64,000 bases of DNA from the human T2T-CHM13v2.0 reference genome, Homo sapiens: the NCBI RefSeq assembly GCF_009914755.1, contig NC_060928.1. One strand, 5' to 3'. Numbering within the stretch: the stretch's first letter is position 1; every line of letters starts with the position of its first letter. The translations under genes were made by a program, and so were the position numbers. The notes below the pieces were generated by a model. The model was not told the DNA's origin. It did not search any database and worked only from the letters and a program-made list of their open reading frames with translations. Shown piece by piece: positions 30,277 through 51,812 of the stretch.

Positions 30277-30675
30277 CTAGAGTTCCAGGAGGACTCTACC
30301 AGGTGATTTCTACTGCTGCTGGTCCTGGTGCTCATTGCCATTTAGGCTGAGTCCAGTGGAGGAAAGTAGGTAGATTCTGAGCTTAGTGATCCTGAGGAGT
30401 GCTACCTGGTTCTGAAACATGCACCAAACACTTAGGATGTACTAGGGGTTGGGGATACAAAGTAAGTGAGATAGAAAAAGGGTGATCAAGTCTACCTGAG
30501 GGGAGCACAGAAGAGAGGGTGACCAACTCTGCCTGAGGGAATAGAGGCGACAAGTAACCAAGTCTACTTTGAGAAAATGTAGACAAGAAGGTCATCCACT
30601 CCACTTGAGAAAGCTGCAGAAGGCTTCACCAAATAGAAAGGACTGAGCCTCACAGCACTTGCCATCTTGTTCTCA

Positions 30676-30995
<320 letters not shown>

Positions 30996-32163
30996 TTACT
31001 ACTCTGCTGCTCCTTGAGGGCAGAGATTGCTTGTTCCAAGGTTTAGGGTAGATTAATGTACTACTTGGTATAGCATAATCATTGCTATAATTACTATTTT
31101 TAAATTTATTATTTACGTATTTATTTTTAGAGACATGGTTTCCCTATGTTGCCCAGGCTGGCCTTGAACTCTTGGGGGCTCAAGTGATCCTCCCACCTTA
31201 GCCTTCCAAGTATCTGGGACTATAGGAGTGAGCCACTGTGCCCAGCTGTAATTATTTTTGAAAGAGTTGACATCTTTTGTCTTGAAAGATGAGTAGAAAT
31301 GCATAGGAAAGAAAGGATAAGGTAGCACATGTGGAGAGAGAACACCATAGCAAAATCACGGAGTTGGGAAATCCAGTGTGGTTGTTAGGAACACAATTAA
31401 TTCATTTCTGGGGTTTGGAGTGACTGGGGGATAGGGATTGGAATAGAGGAATGCTAGAAGTGTGGCCAAGGATCAGTGTGAAGGGCCTTATAGGCTCTGC
31501 TAAGAATTTGGACTTCATTCTGCAACAGGAACCCATTCACAGTTTTAAAGCAGAGAATTAATTAGGTCAAATCTGTTTTAGAGGGATTACTGGCAGCAAC
31601 ATTGAGAGAGATAGGAGTGAAGGGAGGTTAGAGGCAACAGTCGGCAGTCCTTTTGTGAGTGGGGAGTGGAGGGACAGACATTTGAGAGAAAATTCAGAGT
31701 AGCACTCTTAGGATTAAGAGAATAGAAGGAGTTGAAGATTACATCAAGTTTTTAGTTTGAATTTGAACATTTGAGCATATAAGAAGAGAAGCAAGAAGGG
31801 GGAAGGAAGGAGAGATGATTAATTCAATTTTGAATACTTTGAGTTTGAGGAGCCTGCACATTCCAGGGAGAGCCATTGTATATGCAGCTGGTAGCCTGGA
31901 GGACAGGTTGGGGCCAGAGATACAGTTTGGGCTGCCGTAGTTGGAACCATTTGATTGGGTGAGGAACCCAGAGAGATCACATGGAGAGAGAAGAGAAACA
32001 GTCAAGCCCAGGGGAAACTGAGATTCCCTCCGTTCTTTTTGAAAGTTCAATGTCTTTCTCCCTTTTATAGAAATTATCTAAAAACCAACAACAGATCACA
32101 GTAAGTAGAAATGCCAATTTTTACCCCCAGAAATTCTTTAACTTCTGGCACTCTAAGAGGTGA

Positions 32164-32506
<343 letters not shown>

Positions 32507-33196
32507 TAGCTGGGACTGCAGGCGCCTGCCACCATGCCCAGCTAATTTTTGTATTTTTAGTAGAGACGGGATTTCACTATGTTCAAGGCCAGGCTGGTCT
32601 TGAACTCCTGACCACGTGATCTGCCTGCCTCAGCCTCCCAAAGTGCTGGGATTACAGACGTGAGCCACCTTGCCCAGCCTCAACATCCCTTTTCTTATTC
32701 GCTATCTTGAAATATCTGAAGACTTTGTGATGGCAAGTGGTTCAAGCATTTTCTGGTGGTGACCACTGCGGGGAACCACAGGCCAGGTGAATGAGAGAGG
32801 CCTCTCTATCCATTCCTCTCTCATCTCATCTTCTGTACTCTCGGCCTCATCCTGCACTAGTCACACTGGCCTCATACAAGTCACTCTCCTGCCACAAAAG
32901 CCTCGGCTGTGCTCCACCTGGAGTGCTCTTCCTAGATAGCTGCAAGGTTAACTCCTGCCCAAATGTCATCTTTTTAATGAGGCCTACCTTGGCCTCTTTA
33001 GTTTAAATTGCATCTGTCCAGGCCAGGTGTGTTGGCTCATGCCTATAATCCCAGCACTTTGGGAGGCTGAAGTGGGCGTATCACCTGAGGTCAGGGGTTC
33101 GAGACCAGCCTGGCCAACATGGTGAAACCCCATCTCTACTAAAAATACAAAAATTAGCTGGGCATAGTGGCACATGCCTGTAGTCCCAGCTACTCA

Positions 33197-33406
<210 letters not shown>

Positions 33407-33516
33407 CTAAAAGGGGTTGTGAAAATACTCTCATCTCACAACCAGCTAGAGCAGACCTCTTTTCTTCCAGAGAGTTCCAACGTTCTGGCTTGGGACTCAT
33501 GTCCATGAGTCCAATT

Positions 33517-33652
33517 TTTTTTTTTAATTATACTTTGAGTTCTAGGGTACATGTGCACAACGTGCAGGTTTGTTACATATGTATACATGTGCCATGTTGG
33601 TGTGCTGCACCCATTAACTCGTCATTTACATTAGGTATATCTCCTAATGCTT
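33517..33652 (-). mobile_element. Extremely 5'-truncated L1PA (~135 bp of 3'UTR)
   Basis: Poly-T then attatactttgagttctagggtacatgtgcac...ctcctaatgct, with a perfect TSD gtccaatt (33509-33516 and 33653-33660). Confidence 0.9.
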
Positions 33653-33915
33653 GTCCAATTGGTTTTTACAGTCAAATGCTGACCGTAATATCTGTTTACT
33701 AAAATAAATAGAAAAAACATGAGAGAACATTTCTCAAAAGGCCCTTTTAACATATAGACTTACTTCTTGATATTTAAGAAGAATCCACTTTTTTGCTATA
33801 CAATTACACAGTTTAAACCTAGTGTTACAGCCATTGTTCATAATTTGACTTTTCAGTAAATGAAAACACCTATTATACCTAAAAAGACTTGAATTGGGCC
33901 AGGAGCGGTGGCTCA

Positions 33916-34228
<313 letters not shown>

Positions 34229-34296
34229 TTACCACTCCTAAACAGATATAATTATACCTTTAAAAAATTATAGACTAGGCCGGGTGCAGTGGCTCA

Positions 34297-34550
<254 letters not shown>

Positions 34551-35194
34551 TCATCTCAAAAAAAAAAAAAAATTATAGAATAAGGTTAGAGTTCGTTTAT
34601 TTTGATAATATATACTTCTTCTTCAAATATTATTATTTTCATTCTCTAAAGGTTTTATCAAGATCAAAGAGATCAACCTAGAAATAGACATTAAAATGTT
34701 TCAATGTCTCCATTTTTTCTATCAAAGAACTAAAGACCTGGAGAGCGTCAGTGGCCTGCCTGAAGTCACTCAACTGGTTGACCATAAGCTAATCCTGGGA
34801 GCCAGGCCATGTGAAGGCTACTAGAATCATATCTCTGTTATCCCAGACCACCTTCAAAATAGTTTGGGCGTAGTTGTTCTGTTAGCCAGATTGTATTTAT
34901 TTATTAGCTAACACTAGCTAATAAATTTGGGGAAAATCAGACCAAGCCACTATTACAGCATAACACTAGCACTCTTACATATGTAATGAGATTTAATTTG
35001 AAAATATGCAGAACCCTCTTCTATAAATTTTGAGTGCATGCTCTGGCAGTTTACCCTCTGGCTTTAGCCAATTTATCATAAAGTATTAATTACCTCCGTG
35101 TTTCTGTGTGTGCGTATGTAGCTATTTCTTAGGATTAATGAGGAAGAGTTGGATCAAAAGGAATGGGCTTTGTATTCTCAAAAATGGCTGAGTG

Positions 35195-35350
35195 GAGTTT
35201 AAGGGTTCTCACTACAAAAAACAAGTATATGTGGTGACATCTGTGTTAATTCCCTTCATTTAGCCATTCCACAATGTATACATATTTCAAAACCTGTTGT
35301 ACATGATAAATATATACAATTTTATGTCCATTTAAAATGATTAATTAGTG
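35195..35350 (+). mobile_element. L1MA-type 3' end fragment
   Basis: ttagccattccacaatgtatacatatttcaaaac...aaatatatacaatttt, flanked by aaggaatgggct / aaggaatgagct. Confidence 0.65.
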
Positions 35351-37204
35351 TTTTTAAAGGAATGAGCTAAATGTTCACCACATAAAGAAACATTAGAGAC
35401 CTTGTGGAGTGAAATTATTGGAATGAAATAGTATCACCATGGGCACCAAATTGAGGCTCCTCAGACACTGTGGGACCAGGGACCTCTGAGAAGATTCCAT
35501 CAACCTCCTGCTTCTCCTTAACATATTCTCGATGGCAGGTTGCTAGTGACATTTGGTCCCTCTCCTCCCCCTTTCCACTTCCAGTTCTCAAGTCACAAAC
35601 ATGAAGACAAGTTTTAGCCATGTTACTCTGTTAATCTACACACTTACTTCAAGGAAAGAATAAATTGATAGGCCAGGCACGGTGGCTCATGCCTCTAATC
35701 CCAACACTTTGGGAGGCCAAGGCAGGAGGACTCCTTCAGGCCTAGAGTTCAAGACCAGCCTGGGCAACATAGTGAGACCTCGTCCCTACTGAAAAAAAAA
35801 AAAAAATTAGCTGGGTGTGGTGGCACACACTTGTAGTTCCAGCTACTTGAGAGGCTGAGACTGGAGGATCATTTGAGGTCAGAAATTTGAAGCTGCAGTG
35901 AGCCATGATTGTGCTGCTCGCTGCACTCCAGCCTGGGCAAAAAAACAAGACCCTGTGTCTTAAAAAAAGGAAAAAAATAAATAAATTGATAGTAAACTCC
36001 AGTCTCCAATATGGAATGGCACAGAGCTGAAAATATATTATTCCTTATCTGTCTTCTGTGCTAGGAGTTCATTTGTTAGAGTAATTGCAGAGATTTTGCA
36101 ACTGTTTATACAGCATTTGAAATCCTAGACTTTTACTCCCATGAGACTACCATAGTCAGACTGTTTACGTCTCTTAGCAGTAGAACGAGAGTCACTTTAT
36201 TATCTTAAATGTGAGCTCCCCTCATCTTGCCCTATTTCCTGATCACCAAGCTTCACCAAGAGATTGGAAGAGACATTAACAATTGAGGAGACTGGGGAAT
36301 TTTAGGTAGCCCATTGTCACTAAGGTATAGCTATTTTCCAGAAAAAAAAAATTCTAAAGAAGCAAAATATCTTTAACAAACTTATTCATGCTTACACCAA
36401 ATTAAAGGGGGGACCATGGCAAATTCTATTCTACAGTTCGTTGTCCCAGAGCCTTGACAATTTGGAATGCAGGCTGTGCCCGGATGGCAGGAATTTGGAA
36501 TCAGTTTACAATGTGTGATATGATAACACATGTTCTGGATCAGCGGCAGGGGAATGTTTGGAGCCGTAATTCTGTCCGTCTCCCCATTAGCAGGAAGCCA
36601 TGCTAAACTCACAGCTGGAGAAGTGCCTAAAAAGAACTAGGTTCTTTGTGTGTGTGAGAGAGTGTATTTATAAAGACAACACAAAACCCAGCCCCAGGGA
36701 TAAATGCTAAATTAAGGTCATCAAAAATGAAACAGTACATTCATCACATGGATAAATTGGTATCTCGTTGAGATCACTACTTTTCTCAGCTAGAAGCGTG
36801 GCTCTATACCCTCATACATCTGGGCTTCATGTTACAGGGGATGTTTAACAACATTAGAGAAAGAAAACCCTAGACCCATTGGCAAGCAGAAAGTCAAATG
36901 GAAAATGTTCACTTTAATAAGGCACAAAGGGATGTATACAAGATTCAAACAACATGAGTTGAAACCTGATATCCCTGAGGCTTGAGGTAAAAACGGACTC
37001 TTGGCTCTGGTGAGCCAAACATTAAGGAAACATGTAAGCACGTGTAAGTGCAAGCATGAAGCTAGCATAATTCAGCAGGCTTTGTGAAGCCAAACGCTGA
37101 GCTTAGGCAAGAAAGACTGAACGTTGTCCTTTGAAAAGATGTAAGTTATTGGCACATTGAGGTTAGCAGAAAGAATGATTTATATAATGTAGTCTTGCTT
37201 TCAT

Positions 37205-40035
<2,831 letters not shown>

Positions 40036-41164
40036 TCAAAACAACAAAAAAGTACCAACTCATCACGTCCTTGGCACTAGAAGAGTGGGCTTCTTTGAGT
40101 TATTTCCAAAACTGGGTTTTATAACAAGTCACTTTTATTGTTGTTCTTTATTATTATAAAATGATACTACAGTTAACTTAATTTACATTTTGCAGTGAGG
40201 CTGATCTATCAGTATAAAATTTCAGCTCTGAACCAATCTTTAACATAAAGGGAAAATAATTTCAAAGGAGGGTGGGGTAGGTCATTCCTTCAAATGTATT
40301 GGGCAAACTCAGAACTGGCCTCCACCTTGCAGAGAGAAAACCCTGGATTGCTGTGCAGTAACGCGCTGCCACCCTCTAGTCTAGATACTTATTTCCTCAC
40401 GCACAGATGATTGCCCAAGTCTCTTAACCAATTCACCAAACTTCCAGCTTCAGCTCTCCAAGTCATCTACCACACAATTTCCAGTTTGATGTGCTCACAG
40501 AGGACGTGCGGCCCTAGGGAGGGGACAAGGGCCGCAGGCAGCTCACACTGGAATCTAAGTCTCCAGATCCTCAGCCAGCGTCCTTTCTCCTACATCTTGC
40601 CCTTCTCACTACTTTCTGGGAGTTCCGACGTCTCAGCAGGGCTGCTGGGCGATGCCGTAGCCTTTCTCTGCAGCCCTCTGGCAGCAGCCGCCAGGGCCAC
40701 TGCATGAGGTTCACACACCCGCTGATTGTGATTCTGCCCCTTGGCTCTGGCGGCCTGGAGTCCTCGCGCCTCTGAGAGCTGCATTCGCTCGTCTGGGCTG
40801 CGTCCTGCTGTTTCCGAGAAGCTACTGTTGGCAGTTGACTTGCTTTGGGTCGTGTTCTCCACGGCCCGGCCCGTTTGCCTCCTGCCTGGTTTCTCTTCCT
40901 GAGCTGACAGACCCTGCTCTCTGTGTGTCTGCCACGGCCAGCCAGGGTGTGAGGACTGTGATTCGCATGGAACCAATTTTCTTTGCTGGTGGAGGCCCCC
41001 TCTGATCATGTTCTGCAGCTTCTTTCCTGAGGGAAGGGTAGAGGGAGGTCTGCGCTCACACTGATGTGGAGTCAACTGTCAGGTTCTGTATGCTGTGAGG
41101 GGCCTCTTCAACCATCCAGCAGGCGTTCCTCTCAAACCACTTAGGGTGGACTTTTGTTCTCTTC

Positions 41165-41167
<3 letters not shown>

Positions 41168-41195
<28 letters not shown>
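41168..41195. repeat. (CA)n microsatellite
   Basis: Uninterrupted CA run of 13-14 units. Confidence 0.95.
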
Positions 41196-41197
<2 letters not shown>

Positions 41198-41565
41198 AAT
41201 TTAGTCTGTCATTGGCTCAAGATGTCTTGGTTAGTAGCACACAAGCACACACTTTGGAGTCAGACTGCCAGGTTTGAATCCTGGCTCCACTGCTTAGATC
41301 TGTGACCTTGGGAAGTTACTTAACCTCTGCCTATGTAAATGTTTGCTCCTATTATTGATTAGTCCTTGAAGAGAAAGGGAGATTTTAGGAGGATAGACAA
41401 ATCAGTCCTTACCTAAGGCACTCCTTTTTCAATTAGTGGTCTGTTTTATTTTGTAATTGGAGGAAAAATAAGGAAGCCCTATCTTGACTTGGGAGCCTGA
41501 AATTTCAACATGTGTCTAAATGGAAGAACTGAAATGGGGTCATTTTCACAATATGAGGGCATTAG

Positions 41566-42120
<555 letters not shown>

Positions 42121-42892
42121 TAGCCTTACATATACTAACTCACTTTTCTGCCACAACCTGCAAGGCAGACTACTTCACAGTTGAGAAATGAAGGCACAGA
42201 GAGGTTAAGAAACTTGCTGAAGGCCCCACAGGACACCAGATTCTATCAACTGTAAACTTGGCCAAGTGGCCTTAGGCTGGCAGGCTAGGTGTACAACAAA
42301 GGAAAGAACGGATCTTCCTTTATCACCCCTTTTTCCTAATATCTGCCTCCCACTGCTGACCTGGTAGCTGTTTATTTGAACTTTAAGTGCCAAACTTAAC
42401 ATGACTGTAATTTGAAAGCACACAGATTCAGGAAGCTGTGGAGTTGCTTTATTTGGTGGATTTTGAAGCAGTAAGAAATGATTGATTAAAAAAGTTCAGG
42501 CTTCCTCCTGTCAAGCTTACAGGTCAAGACAGAAATTCATTCAGTGTTAGATATGGAAAGGACCTTAGAGGTAACATCATTTTTTGGCTTTATTTTACTA
42601 GGCAAGAAAAAAAGTCCATGGGAGGTAAAGTGCCTTGTTCAAGGTTGTGAAGCATATTTTCCAAAATTACAACTAGATTGTTTAGATGGGTAAGTCAGAT
42701 AAATGTTGCTGAAGTACTACAATTAAGGTTCTAATTATGGAAATTAAAGTATGATATTAGTTTGGGGAGTTCCTACAGCATCAAAAGTTCATATGACTTA
42801 ATTCATATATCAAGGTTACCTCACCTAGACAGAAAAGTCCCGTATCCACTACTGAGCATGACATCGTTTCTGGAACTATGAAACATGCAATA

Positions 42893-43313
<421 letters not shown>

Positions 43314-43477
43314 TTACACCAGTGGTCAGCAACTGACCTCCCACTCACTCAAGGGTATAAAGGCAGTATTGCCCTGGTGGCTGAAAGCAAGGATTCCGGA
43401 GCTAGCCTGCCTGGGTCTAAATTTCAGTTCTGCACTTACTGGTTTATGACTTTGGGCAATTATACCTTACCTATGTG

Positions 43478-43834
43478 TGCTGTGGTCTGAATGTTTGTGT
43501 CTTCATAAAGTTAATATGTGGAAACCTATTAATAATTCCCAAGGAGATGGAGGTAAGGCCTTTGCAAGGTAATTAGGTATAAGAGCATAGTCCTCATGTA
43601 TGGAATGAGTGCCCTTACGAAAGAGTCCCCAGAGAGCTGCCTTGCCTCTTCTACAATGTGAGGACACAATGAGTAGGCAGCATCTACAAACCAGGAAATG
43701 GACCCTCACCAGACACCGAATCTGCCTTGAGCTCAGAGTTCCCAGCCCCCAGTATTGTGAGAAATAAATTTCTGTTGTTTATAAGCTACCCAGTCTGTGG
43801 TATTTTGTTATAGCAGCTAGAATGGACGCAGACA
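43478..43834 (+). mobile_element. MLT1A-like solo LTR inserted in a MIR (~43360-43980)
   Basis: tgctgtggtctgaatgtttgtgtc...gagaaataaatttctgttgtttataagctacccagtctgtggtattttgttatagcagc...gaca. MIR halves rejoin across it. Confidence 0.82.
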
Positions 43835-44253
43835 TTGTATCTCAATTTCCCCATCTGTAAAATAGGCATAATGATTGCATGGGGTTGTTGGAAGGATGAA
43901 ATCATTTAATATATGCAAAGCACTTAGGAAAGGGCTGGGCACATCATAAGCACTACACGAAGGCTTCTATCATTATTGCTAAAAGGAGAAGCTGAGTTAC
44001 TATGGAATCACTTCAGATTGTTAAATGATGATGGAGCTGAAAAAGTACTAATCATTTCTGCTTCCCAGACTAGGGGGCTAGGCCTTGTTTTATAGCTTAA
44101 GAGAGACCTTTAAAAATAGGGTGTTTCCAAGATCATCTACTAAGAAATTGACTCAATTTCCAGAATTAAATGCCAATATTCTAAAGTATACTTCTATATC
44201 TTTTCCAATAACAAGGAAATGAGAAAGAAAACAAGGAAAAGAAACATAAATTC

Positions 44254-44640
44254 GCCGGGTGCGGTGGCTCACGCCTGTAATCCCAGCACTTTGCGAGGCC
44301 GAGGCGGGCGGATCATGAGGTCAGGAGATCGAGACCATCCTGGCTAACACAGTGAAACCCCGTCTCTACTAAAAAGGCAAAAAATTAGCTGGGCGTGGTG
44401 GCGGGCAACTGTAGTCCCAGCTACACGGGAGGCTGAGGCAGGAGAATGGCGTGAACCCGGGAGGCGGAGCTTGCAGTGAGCAGAGATCGCGCCACTGCCC
44501 TCCAGCCTGGGCGACATAGCGAGGCTCCGTCATGAAAGAAAGAAAGAAAGAAAGAAGGAAGGAAAGAAAGCAAGCAAGCAAGCAAGCAAGAAAGAAAGAA
44601 AGAAAGAGAAAGAGAAGAAAGAGAAGAAAGAAAGAAAGAT
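44254..44640 (+). mobile_element. AluY with compound (GAAA)/(GGAA)/(GCAA) microsatellite tail
   Basis: CpG-rich AluY body. Tail 44534-44639 consists of tetramer arrays. Confidence 0.9.
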
Positions 44641-44871
44641 CGATTCTACTCCCTGGTCTGCATTTCAAATCCACAAGTAGAAGATTTCAATAATAAGTGC
44701 AAACCATTAAGTATGTTAATGCAGTTATTATTTTAGAGGTTTACACAGATAACTTTCCCAATAGACTATAAGCTAGTATGTACAAAAGTATGTAGAGGAA
44801 AAAGGGGGAAAAAGTATGCAGAGGGACAAGAATTCTATGTTTAAAAGTGTGGAGACTCAAAAGAAAAATGA

Positions 44872-47115
<2,244 letters not shown>

Positions 47116-47415
47116 TGACTCTTTGACTTTTGGCTTGAGCAACTAGGTAGGTAGTGGTGTTGTTGACTTGAAGTTAGAAAGACTGGGGATTTAACAGCTT
47201 TGGAAAGGCGGAATCAAGAGTTTTGGACCTGTTAGGGTTTAAGATGTTTATTACTGTTTAGAAGAGATACACTTAAATAGACAAGTTTGGTTAAAAGTAT
47301 AATAACAGGATGGGAAAATATATTACAAGCACGCACCATAGAATTCAGAGGAAAAAACCTTATTGGATATTTGTGTGCGGAAATTCAGGTCAGGGCTAAA
47401 AGTATAATTTGAGAC

Positions 47416-47813
47416 TGTATCAGTCTGTTTTCATTGCTCAAGTCAATACCTGAGGCTGGGTAATTTATAAAGAAAAAGAGGTTTAATTGACTTAAGGTAC
47501 TGCAGGCTGTACAGAAAGCATGGCACCAGAATCTGCTTCCAGTGAAGGCCTCAGGAAGCTTCTAATCATGGCAGAAGGCAAAGGGGAAGCAGGCATGTCA
47601 CATGGGGAGAGCAGGAGCAAGAGAGAGAGGGAGGAAGTGCCAGGCTCTTTTAAACAACCGTGTGAACTAACAGAGATGGGGAGGGCACCAAGCTATTCAT
47701 GAGGAATCTACCCCCATGACCCAAACACCTCTTACCATCTTCATCCCACCTCTAACAATGGGGATCACATTTCAACATGAGATTTGGAGAGGACAAATAT
47801 CCAAACCATATCA
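47416..47813 (-). mobile_element. MST (MSTA/B-like) solo LTR
   Basis: tgtatcagtctgttttcattgct...gggtaatttataaagaaaaagaggtttaattg...atccaaaccatatca. Confidence 0.85.
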
Positions 47814-48025
47814 GGGATAGTATTTAAAGACACAGGGCTAGCTGAGTGAATCCAGAGAAAGAATAAAGAGTGTCAAGGACCAAGACCTGAGGTACTCTTA
47901 CTTTTAGAGATTGGCCTTAGGAGGAAAAGGCAAGAAAGCAGACTGAGGAGGTAGGGGGAAATGATCACAGATGGTATCCAGAGCTATAGGTGGCACATGC
48001 CAGGAGTGCCGTTGGCATACACTTA

Positions 48026-48434
<409 letters not shown>

Positions 48435-48629
48435 TTAGTACTTTGATTTATTTTGCTAATTTAATTGACATAAAATGTTTGTTTTTACTTGCAGTTGTAA
48501 AATAAACTAAGCACTATTTGCTATTTGTCTCATATGCACATTCTGTTAACATCATTGAGACTGGTTTTTGTTAATGATCATTGTTTACATTCATTTTTGT
48601 TTTGATTGACCTTTTTTTTTTCTGTCACT

Positions 48630-49040
48630 TGGGAATATTTCTGGCTGAAAGTAACAGAAAACTTGACCATAGAAAGGGTTACTTTTGCTTATAAAACAAG
48701 ATGACTAAAAGCAGTCTACAATTCCATAATTCCACCAAGGATCCACATGTTTCCTGCCTTTCCAATCTACCATCCTCAGCATGTAACTTTCTTCATCAGG
48801 CTTGCCTGATGGCTGACATCAGGCATCAGGCTCTGGGCCTGATGGCTCTGGGCATCGCATCTGTGTTCCAGCAGGAAGAAGGACACGGAGCAAAAGGCTT
48901 GTGTTAGTCTATTCCTTTTCATCAGGAAAACAACAGCTTTCCTTGAATCCAACCTAGTAGAAGTCTACTTATATTTCATTGACCAGAACTAGGCCACATA
49001 GCCATGCCAAGATGCAAGGGAGGCTGGGAAGGTGACTGTT
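48630..49040 (-). mobile_element. Old MLT1 (J/K/L-like) LTR
   Basis: gtaacagaaaac...tcattgaccagaactaggccacatagcc...gcaagggaggctgggaa motifs. Confidence 0.55.
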
Positions 49041-49150
49041 TTCTTCTCATTCATCTATCATTCATTCAATCATAGTTAAATATTTAGCAGGACCACACCC
49101 AAGGCATCATATATAAACCACATTCTAGCTTTCTTAAACAATTTTTTCTT

Positions 49151-50546
49151 AGGGCTCTGTTCCGTTCCATTGGTCTATATCTCTGTTTTGGTACCAGTAC
49201 CATCTCAGAAATAATACCACACATCTACAACCATATGATCTTTAACAAACCTGACAAAAACAAGAAATGGGGAAAGGATTCCCTATTTAATGGTGCTGGG
49301 AAAACTGGCTAGCCATATGTAGAAAGCTGAAACTGTGTCCCTTCCTTACACCTTATACAAAAATCAATTCAAGATGGATTAAAGACTTAAATGTTAGACC
49401 TAAAACCATAAAAACCCTAGAAGAAAACCTAGGCAATACCATTCAGGACATAGGCATGGGCAAGGGCTTCATGACTAAAACACCAAAAGCAATGGCAGCA
49501 AAAGCCAAAATTGACAAAGGGGATCTAATTAAACTAAAGAGCTTCTGCACAGCAAAAGAAACTACCATCAGAGTGAACAGGCAACCTACAGAATGGGAGA
49601 AAATTTTTACAATCAACCCATCTGACAAAGGGCTAATATCCAGAATCTACAAAGAACTTAAACAAATTTACAAGAAAAAATCAAACAACCCCATCAAAAA
49701 GTGGGCGAAGGATATGAACAGACACTTCTCAAAAGAAGACATTTATGCAGCCAACAGACACATGAAAAAATGCTCATCATCACTGGCCGTCAGAGAAATG
49801 CAAATCAAAACCACAATGAGATACCATCTCACACCAGTTAGAATGGCGATCATTAAAAAGTCAGGAAACAACAGGTGCTGGAGAGGATGTGGAGAAATAG
49901 GAACACTTTTACACTGTTGGTGGGACTGTAAACTACTTCAACCATTGTGGAAGACAGTGTGGCGATTCCTCAAGGATCTAGAACTAGAAATACCAGTTTC
50001 TAGAAATACCCAGCCATCCCATTACTGGGTATATACCGAAAGGATTATAAATCATGCTGGTATAAAGACACATGCACACGTATGTTTATTGCGGCACTAT
50101 TCACAATAGCAAAGACTGGGAACCAACCCAAATGTCCATCAATGATAGACTGGATCAAGAAAATGTGGTACATATACACCATGGAATACTATGCAGCCAT
50201 AAAAAAGGATGAGTTCATGTCCTTTGTAAGGACATGGATGAAGCTGGAAACCATCATTCTGAGTAAACTATCACAAGGACAGAAAACCAAACACTGCATG
50301 TTCTCACTTATAGGTGGGAAATGAACAATGAGAACACTTGGACACAGTGTGGGGAACATCACACACTGGGGCCTGTCGTGGGGTGGGGGGAGGGGGGAGG
50401 GATAGCATTAGGAGATATACCTAACGTAAATGACAAGTTAACAGGTGCAGCACACCAACATGGCACATGTATACATATGTAACTAACCTGCACGTTGTGC
50501 ACATGTACCCTAGAACTTAAAGTATAATAAAGTAAAAATAAAAAAA
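49151..50546 (+). mobile_element. 5'-truncated, 5'-inverted L1PA (approx. L1PA4-6): ORF2 C-terminus and 3'UTR
   Basis: ORF-track peptides [14 protein letters not shown]...HCWWDCKL...W and [11 protein letters not shown]...MFSLIGG are the L1 ORF2 C-terminus. G-rich 3'UTR and A-tail follow. 49151-49203 is antisense L1. Confidence 0.95.
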
Positions 50547-51165
50547 TTTTTTGTCTTTCATTTTCAAACTTTAAACTTTTTCAGACTTTCAAACTTTTCA
50601 CAAAGTTAAAGTTCTAATTTAATCAATTTATTTTTAAATTACAGTAAAACTTACTCTTTATTTTACAGTTTTATGAATATTTTTTAAAATAGAGAATAAA
50701 CTGTGAATACTGCTGCTACTCACCCAAAATTACATTACAGTCCCATAACAGAAAAGGTCAGTTGTTTAACACAACAGAGTTTGAGAAAGGAGAGAATCCT
50801 TATCCTTATCCAATGCATTTAATTGAGGCATTATAAGATGAGATGGAATAAAGTTATAGTAAGAAGGGTCCTCTAGAGGTTGGGTGTGGTGGTTCACACT
50901 TGTAATCCCATCACTTTGGGAGGCCAAGGCAGGAGGATTGCTTAAACCTAACAATTCAAGACCAGATCCTATGTCAAAAAGAAAAGAAAAATAAATAAGT
51001 AAATAAATAAATAAATAAAAGCCAGTAGAGATTTAGCCATTCATAGGTCTTTTTTTTTAAAAAAAACAAAACCATTTTATCTTATATGAATCTAACTTAA
51101 CATTGATATACTCCACTAAGACATCACCTTAATGCCTCTTCCACACTTTAGTTGTGCGTATATAA

Positions 51166-51812
<647 letters not shown>

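Noticed and set aside
49456-50324. 217-aa and 80-aa ORFs as a host gene or active L1
   Set aside because: They are the frameshifted C-terminal part of ORF2 in a truncated L1 that lacks the promoter, ORF1, endonuclease and RT core.
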